Of a stretch of DNA of 64,000 nucleotides, positions 57,492 to 64,000 are shown piece after piece. The stretch spans positions 96,001 through 160,000 of the forward strand of contig CAWHXP010000005.1 in assembly GCA_963833425.1 (NCBI GenBank), in the 5' to 3' direction. The position numbers and the translations under genes are program-made. The number at the start of each line of letters is the position of its first letter. The stretch's first letter is position 1. This DNA comes from an uncultured Methanosarcinaceae archaeon (GTDB lineage: Archaea; Halobacteriota; Methanosarcinia; Methanosarcinales; Methanosarcinaceae). The notes beneath the pieces were generated by a model. That model ran no database searches. It was given only the letters and a program-made list of their open reading frames with translations, and was not told the origin of the DNA.

Positions 57492-57799
57492 GATTATCTT
57501 CTGTCATATTCTGTAGATAGTTCTAATTTCTATTATAATATGTTTGGGAATAACAGATTAATGTCTAATAGTCGACAACTTGTGATATTTTGTCGATTAA
57601 AAATTAATATAAATGTCTAACGCCTATTCTAGCTTGTATTAAAATAACAATAAGGGAAAGTATGCGAATGAGCTGTAAAGTTAAAATAAAAATTTTGAAT
57701 ACATTTGATTATTTGTTTATCCCGATGTGGCATTTTCCCCTAAATTCGTGTGATTTGTCGTTACAGCCAATTAATAGACTATCCCATTAAGGTGAAAGC

Positions 57800-57934
57800 A
57801 TGTTTAGATTTGGAAAAAGAACTGTGATAAAGCAAGGTGGGAGTTATATGATTTCGCTCTCGATGACATGGATGAAAGCAATGGATATAGATGTAAAAAC
57901 TGTGATGATCGACATGGACAGCGAAATCATCTGA
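57800..57934 (+). CDS. Small AbrB/MazE-like DNA-binding protein (not in ORF track)
   Basis: GGTGA RBS at 57791; MFRFGKRTVIKQGGSYMISLSMTWMKAMDIDVKTVMIDMDSEII; possible 3' frameshift. Confidence 0.65.
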   Translation: MFRFGKRTVIKQGGSYMISLSMTWMKAMDIDVKTVMIDMDSEII

Positions 57935-58046
57935 AAATTATGGCAGGTGACACTCGCAATGAAAACACAGTCTCTTAAATTTACACCCAAGAGTTTGATA
58001 GCTGTAGGCTCGAAAAGATCTAATGCATCCTGGAAAAGGGAAACAA

Positions 58047-58268
58047 ATGTACGATCTAAAACCAAAAACTGTAGCTATGTTTAAAAAATTTTACACGGAA
58101 TTTCCCGAATTGATTAATTATCGAATAAAGTGCGGAAATATGTATGAGAAGGCTCAGGCAATATTAATAAAAAATGTTGCTGAGAGTGTTTCGCAAAATC
58201 CCGCAGCGGCCAAGCAGTCGGAAGTTTCGCAAAACATCACAACGGATGCCTACCTTCATAACAAATGA
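58047..58268 (+). CDS. Hypothetical protein of the element
   Basis: ORF after AGGGA RBS (MYDLKPKT...). Confidence 0.5.
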   Translation: MYDLKPKTVAMFKKFYTEFPELINYRIKCGNMYEKAQAILIKNVAESVSQNPAAAKQSEVSQNITTDAYLHNK

Positions 58269-58484
58269 TCCACGAGAACAGATCGACCCAGAAATGAAAA
58301 GTGATGCACAATGAAGAAGATAGTCCACAAAGTAATAATGATTTTCCTTTTTAGCCCTGCCACTAACAATTACATGCAAAGCCTAAAGACTTTTGATTCC
58401 AAAACGAATATTTTTTAGGATATCTATTAATTTTGATGGTACTGAAAGCGTTAAATTTCATTCTAAAATATAGATAATTATAAA

Positions 58485-58889
58485 GTGATTATTATGGATT
58501 ACAAAAATGAGTTAACTCTTCAATGCAAAGAAAATTTAACTTCGTTATCAGACGAGTACATGATTGGAATAACTGACGCCAGTTATAGGCATATCGATGA
58601 AATACTTAATTCTTTATCCATAATGTTGGAGAATCATTTATCTCAAGTAAACGCTCGTCGGGAGCCAAAAATATATGGAGTACTCAGTTCACTGACACTA
58701 AAAACGATTATGTTATCTGACTTAATTACACAAAGCGCAGAAGAATATGTATCCTTGGACATTCTTAAAGTGTTACTAGAAGGTGTGGCGGTGCACGATA
58801 TCTTCCAAAAAGGGGATTCTGTGAAAATCGAAGTGCTGGAAGATAACGCATTGAAGATTTCCGGTGAACAAACTAGAGAAAAGCGATAA
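58485..58889 (+). CDS. Hypothetical protein of the element
   Basis: 134-aa ORF with natural composition. Confidence 0.55.
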   Translation: MIIMDYKNELTLQCKENLTSLSDEYMIGITDASYRHIDEILNSLSIMLENHLSQVNARREPKIYGVLSSLTLKTIMLSDLITQSAEEYVSLDILKVLLEGVAVHDIFQKGDSVKIEVLEDNALKISGEQTREKR

Positions 58890-59070
58890 AGATAACAAAA
58901 ATTGAGAGATTCGAGCCCAGGACAGCTTGAGACCTGTCCTAGGTGATTAGGTTCGTCATCTTCAGCGACTGAACTACTATAAATTATACTTCATGGTTTA
59001 TAATAATATCTTATTTTGATGACGGTTCTAATGCCTATGGGTTCTTTGTTCTCTCATAATTCAAGAGAGG

Positions 59071-59355
59071 ATGAACTCCATGACATATTCTATATCTAGG
59101 CAAACTAATATTAGTAATTTTTTTCACAGTTATGATAATACCAAATCTCAAATTACTTTCGAGTCCCTTGTCACATCCACAGATGGATACAAATGCAAGG
59201 TGCCTTGTCAAAATAATAATTTTTGTTATTCTTGTCAAAGACAGGATTGTTCTAGACGTACCGATCCCTATGACTTGTGGTGGATTCCAGAAGAGCCTGA
59301 TGATTGCTCAAGAGCAGATATTGCAAGAACTTATCGCTTAGGAGAAGGGTTTTAA
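59071..59355 (+). CDS. Small Cys-rich hypothetical protein
   Basis: GAGG RBS; CKVPC...CYSCQRQDC; stop overlaps the next ATG (TAATG). Confidence 0.55.
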   Translation: MNSMTYSISRQTNISNFFHSYDNTKSQITFESLVTSTDGYKCKVPCQNNNFCYSCQRQDCSRRTDPYDLWWIPEEPDDCSRADIARTYRLGEGF

Positions 59356-59765
59356 TGCCAAGCTTTTCAAGTCTGGAATATAACTTTAGAGAGGATCTAC
59401 GATCCATTATCTCTATAAACTCCACACGGAGCCTGAAATATATCAGGAAGAGCAGCAGGACAGGAAAGTATAGGAGAATGGCTCATCTACTTTTGATGCT
59501 GGCATATAACTGGTCTGGATCTTCGAGCCTGGTCTCTATGAATATGCTGATGCTTAAGTTCTTGAAGAGCATTAGAAGGCATGCAGGATTCGAGAATAGA
59601 GAGAAGATAGGCAAGGAAACACAAGCAACAGACTACATCGTGAACTTCACCTTAAACGAGGTCTTCCAAAGTAATGAATTTAGTCTTCGCCAATGCATAC
59701 CAGAAGCAGCATGTGCTAGAATACGTTATTTTTTTATGATTTTGGGGGTATGGAATGAACTTTGA
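59355..59765 (+). CDS. Hypothetical protein of the element
   Basis: Translationally coupled to the previous ORF (MPSFSSLE...). Confidence 0.5.
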   Translation: MPSFSSLEYNFREDLRSIISINSTRSLKYIRKSSRTGKYRRMAHLLLMLAYNWSGSSSLVSMNMLMLKFLKSIRRHAGFENREKIGKETQATDYIVNFTLNEVFQSNEFSLRQCIPEAACARIRYFFMILGVWNEL

Positions 59766-59894
59766 TTCTCTTGATAAGGTTTATTCTGAGCACAACAGAA
59801 GAATTCCAATATCTCATAAATTTAAAACGAGTGCCTGATCAGTCCTTTTCGATTTTATCGATTACGATCTGCAGCCTGAAGGAAGGTTGGAAAG

Positions 59895-62128
59895 ATGAGT
59901 TATGACACCGCAATGCTTGAAGCTGCATTAAATTATTCAAGATTAGGACTGATAGTGCATCCTTTACTGAACCCCAATGCACCTGAAATAAACCCTGAAA
60001 CAGGAAAAGAACAAAGCCCAGGTAAAGGAGTTTTGGTAAAAGCCTGGCAGAAAAGGGAAAGTGCCTTAACGGAAAGAGAAATAGAAAAATATTGGGGACC
60101 TAGTAGGAGTTCTTACTTTGAGAATGCAAATATTGGCTTGCAATGCGGGAAAAGATCAGGTATTACCCTAATCGATGTGGACGACTGGAACCCTGCAATA
60201 TGGAACGAACTCACAGCCGGATTATCTCTAGATAATTGGCTCATGTCAAAGAGAACAACGGACCAGGGCCATATTTTCTTTAAATACATCGAAGCTCTGA
60301 AAGCTCAAAAGCATCATGATTTAGGCATAGAAATTTTAACAGATGGCAATAATGCAGTCCTACCCCCAAGCAGGCATAAAAGCGGGAAAATTTACTCATT
60401 TAACCGGGAAATCAGGGCATTTGAAGATATACCAGAAGTGCCTGAAGAACTAATAAACAGGCTTAATGCCCTGTTTGTAACCAATAATAAGTTAAAAGTG
60501 ATCTTGTAAAAATGCAAGCTCTGTCTACGTGAAAAATTCAAGGCCCATCAGGAAAGCCCGGATATCAAGGAATTGCACACCAGCACAGGCAGACAGTTAA
60601 CCCTGTCGCTGATGGCAGACATGAAGGCAAATGGTGCAGACCCTGAAGTTTTACACCTTGCCTGTAAATACCTTTTTAGAGATAATTACACCCGGTCACA
60701 CAGTGATTATGAATTGGGTATGGACGGAAGCAAAATCGAAAAACCTTGGAAATGTGAAACTATACAGAGAGCGTTAGGAAGCATCATACTTGATAAAGCC
60801 CTTAAATCAAAATGTGATAATTGTACTTTCAGAGAGCAGAGAAAACAGGTAGATAACCAGAAGAAACCCGAGCCAGAAGCTCAAAAGGATAATCCCCTAA
60901 ATATAGACTATGATGAAATGGACCTAAGCCCCGAACTTATCCAGAAGGCAGATGAGGAAGCAGACAGGATATTAAGAGAAGGTGACCCTATAGACTGTAT
61001 ACTGAACACAATATCAAAAAAGCATGTCGGTGACCGGGATACACAAGAAGCAATGTGCATATCAATAGCCTGTCAGTGTTGTCTTAATACCGCAGGCTTG
61101 CAAATATCCGTAAATGGTACTTCTGGCTCAGGAAAGTCACATGGAATAAAAACACATTTACATTTAATTCCTAAAAAACGGAAACGCATAACGGGGTTAA
61201 GCGCGAAGGCTGCTTATTATATGAATTTAACCCCTGGTATTATTATTTTTTCGGACGATAAGGATCCTGACCCTGCATTTGAAGAAGTCATAAAACAGGC
61301 AACAACGAACTTTCAGGAAGAAACTTACTACACAACGGTTAGAGATCAAAAACAAATATCTTTGGTAATCCCATCCCGTATAAATTGGTACTTAACGAAC
61401 GTCGAAAGCTTCGTATCGGATCAATTGCTTAATCGCCAACTCACCTTTGATGCAGACAGTAGTCCTGAGCAGAAAAAAAGGATATTTGATGCACAGAAAC
61501 ACGAAGCTGCAATCGGTGGGAATGGGCAGGAGATGAACATTGAAGTGCTTATATGCAGAAGACTGTATGGAGCACTTAAACAGAATTTATTTAAGGTTAA
61601 AATACCCTTTGTGGATAGGATAGACCTGCAGGATACAAGTAATTCGCGTATATTCCCAATGTTCCTTGATATGGTCGGGGGTTTGCTGCTTTCAAATGTA
61701 AGCAGAGAACCTTTGACGACGGTGGATATTTACTAGCTGAGGTTGAAGACTTTGAAAGAGCAAAAAGATTATTCGAATCTCAAAAAGAAAACACAGTAAC
61801 AAAAATGAACGAAAATGAGAGACAGATAATCCAATGTATAGCGAGTAAAGGTAAATGCACAATTAACGATATATCAAGCTATACAGACATTAAATATCAA
61901 AGTGTGAGACGAGCCTTGGTTGGTAGGACAGACAGAGACGTCGATGGGCTCCTTGACAAGATTAAGGGATTAAAAATGGAAGAAGAAACCGATACTAATT
62001 ATGAGAGAGCTGGAGACATATTAAGAAGCAGTAGTGGAAAGAAGGTTCTTAAGTTCAGCATAGACAAATCAAAGTTTGATTACTGGTCACTCTTTGATAA
62101 GGAGTTTATCTTCCTGAAGGCCGCCTGA
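59895..62128 (+). pseudogene. Bifunctional primase-polymerase (Prim-Pol) fused to a P-loop helicase/ATPase and wHTH; broken
   Basis: NIGLQCG, LIDVD, GHIFF, VLPPSRH; in-frame TAA at 60507; GTSGSGKS; frameshift in the G-run near 61677-61681 joins ORF 61805-62128. Confidence 0.85.
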
Positions 62129-62157
62129 TCTATGCACAAAGGCAACTGATTCTTTTA

Positions 62158-62445
62158 TTCCCCAATTTCCCTTTTTTTCCAAAATATTCCCATTGTTTTC
62201 CCATTAAAACTTAATCAGTTGACATTTTGTTCCCAAAAACCCGAAAATGCAAGAAAAAAAAAGAAAATACACTTTTGACATTCTAATATTTTGGATATTA
62301 CTTTAAAATATCATATATCATTTTTTTACTTTTGGGAACATGACTCCCTTTTTTTATGAATTTTAATTACCTTGTTATTGTTTTTATATTATTTTTAATG
62401 GGAATATAATGGGAAAATAGCGGGAATAATTGGGGACTATTGGAA
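62158..62445. repeat. Inverted array of TTCCC/GGGAA repeats around an AT-rich core (candidate origin)
   Basis: 62187-62209 vs 62393-62415 inverted (21/23); 62228-62238 vs 62330-62340 perfect 11-bp IR; ~11-bp periodicity. Confidence 0.7.
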
Positions 62446-62711
62446 ATATAACTAGCGGAAGACATACTTAATTAAAAAAGATATATGAATGAACAGGGTT
62501 AGACTAAATGTCACATTTTTGTATGTTATATTTTTAAAATTTCCCCGTTTAAACTTCTTCCATCAAAATTTTCTACATAACCAGCTATTCAAGCATCAAA
62601 ATATTATCAATAACCATTACCATTACTAAGTGATAATAAAGTATAAATACTAATAAATCGCATATAGTAGCGCAGTTTCTTGAAAATAGACGGTCTGGTG
62701 GATCACATAAT

Positions 62712-62936
62712 ATGAAAGGCGGTAAAACAAGATTTCAACAGAAGTTTACAGAAGACATGTTCCTGAATGCTCTAGCAATTGACAGTATCAAGTCAACTGC
62801 GACTATTATGAATTTAGTAGGATGCAGCAGGTCCACAGCTAAAAACATGCTTTATAAGCTTGTAAATGAAGGTAAAGTAAATAAAATAGAAATTGAAGGC
62901 GACGGTTACGGTTGGCAGAAAGTGAAAGGTGATTAA
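62712..62936 (+). CDS. Small wHTH DNA-binding protein
   Basis: STATIMNLVGCSRSTAKNMLYKLVNEGKVNK...YGW. Confidence 0.75.
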   Translation: MKGGKTRFQQKFTEDMFLNALAIDSIKSTATIMNLVGCSRSTAKNMLYKLVNEGKVNKIEIEGDGYGWQKVKGD

Positions 62937-63327
62937 AATGAGTTTCATTGATAGCTACAGACAAGAAATTGATCCAAAAACTGCGTTGCAAATAATGCCA
63001 GAATTAAAAGAAGATTATCTCCAAGATCGTCCGTGTAAATGGGAAGAAGATACGATACAGCTTTGGAAAGTCGCAAGTGCACTTATTGAAGATTGTGACC
63101 CATCAATCGAGAAACGTTCTTTTTTGTGTACTCCGGTATTTTTTGACAAAACAGGTAAACATAGATATTTCACATCACACGAAAAAACAATGCAAGAGCA
63201 AATAGCTGAGTTTGATCAACAAGTTGGTGTTATTCATGAATTGGGTTGCACTATAACCGATAAGGATGGTAATACAGAAGCAAAAGTTTGGCTTCTGCAG
63301 ATTGAGACCGAAATTAATCATGGGTAA
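62929..63327 (+). CDS. Hypothetical protein of the element
   Basis: ORF coupled to the previous gene with AGGTGA RBS; start probably ATG 62938. Confidence 0.6.
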   Translation: MIKMSFIDSYRQEIDPKTALQIMPELKEDYLQDRPCKWEEDTIQLWKVASALIEDCDPSIEKRSFLCTPVFFDKTGKHRYFTSHEKTMQEQIAEFDQQVGVIHELGCTITDKDGNTEAKVWLLQIETEINHG

Positions 63328-63739
63328 TTCGTAGATATTTGACTGGAAAGTTGACTAATTGACAATCACTTCTAACATTCAATTTTTTTGTTTAATTACA
63401 GCCATAAGTCTTTCCACACTAGTAAATAAATTATTTAGTTTTTATTATTTTAAAGTAATAAAAATATATGAAAAATCTCGAGAACCTATCCCAAGTTCTC
63501 AGTGCATAGATTTATGGAGGCTTGGTTCTGTCGAAAAAATGGCTTAATCTGGGGACACTAGAGTGACTTTTATTAGGAGTCCCTTAGAAGATATGATTAG
63601 CCTAGTCAAAAAACGACTGAAAATGGCTCATTGTTAATTAATCTAGTCAAAGCCTTGCCTTAATGCATAAAAGAACTAAAGAAACATTTAATACAAGATT
63701 CACTAATATTAACTATTAAAAATAAAAAACGGTGTTATC

Positions 63740-64000
63740 ATGCCACGTCCTACAAAGCTCACTCCCGAAGTACAACAGAAAATCGGTGATGGTGTACCTC
63801 TCGGATTAACTTATGCTCTCGCTGCTAATTCAGCAGGTCTGACTTATCAGGCGTTCAATGATTGGATGAAACTGGGAAGAAATTCAACATCAGGAAAGTA
63901 CTTTGAATTCTATCAACATATTGAAAAATGTAATGCTGATGCCGCAAAGGTTCTTCTTGAACGGTTAAATAATGCAGCTGCAGTTGGAAATTGCCAGGTT
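63740..64000 (+). CDS. HTH protein resembling phage terminase small subunits (partial)
   Basis: GGTG RBS; MPRPTKLTPEVQQKIGDGVPLGLTYALAANSAGLTYQAFNDWMKLG...; open to the window end. Confidence 0.6.
   Translation, partial: MPRPTKLTPEVQQKIGDGVPLGLTYALAANSAGLTYQAFNDWMKLGRNSTSGKYFEFYQHIEKCNADAAKVLLERLNNAAAVGNCQV

Larger units (their letters stand above)
55010..64000. mobile_element. Integrated provirus- or plasmid-like element (left part; right end outside the window)
   Basis: Integrase at the kaiC breakpoint, regulators, Prim-Pol/helicase, origin-like repeats, terminase-small-like gene. Confidence 0.85.

Noticed and set aside
58945..58975. Hammerhead ribozyme suggested by CTGAAGA on the minus strand
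   Set aside because: No stem II followed by GAAA and no three-way junction; the motif is a simple hairpin loop
63338..63655. TTGACT/AGTCAA motifs in opposing orientation before the last gene
   Set aside because: Too short and irregular to separate from chance without statistics

Overview
AT-rich archaeal DNA from a Methanosarcina-type methanogen, inferred from gene repertoire, YVTN-type signal peptide and GGTGA ribosome-binding sites. Positions 1-50 kb are mostly housekeeping: aroC, nth, a secreted TPR protein, a nurA-herA pair, rbkR-ribB, pdxST, tRNA-Cys(GCA), a UDP-2,3-diacetamido-uronic acid gene cluster, purL, topA, a receiver-histidine kinase, bfr, hsp20, thiC and tmk. These genes are separated by long eroded spacers holding at least six decayed pieces of one IS5-family element and several pseudogenes. 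From 50.6 to 55.0 kb lies a decaying kaiC-kaiB-kaiB-kaiB-PAS/histidine kinase operon. Its kaiC is cut off at about 55,017, at a short palindrome, by an integrated tyrosine-recombinase element that runs past the window end. The element carries an integrase, a divergent wHTH/AbrB pair, a broken Prim-Pol/helicase gene, an origin-like inverted iteron array, a candidate antisense RNA and a small-terminase-like gene. All family assignments come from motif recognition by eye; no database search was run.
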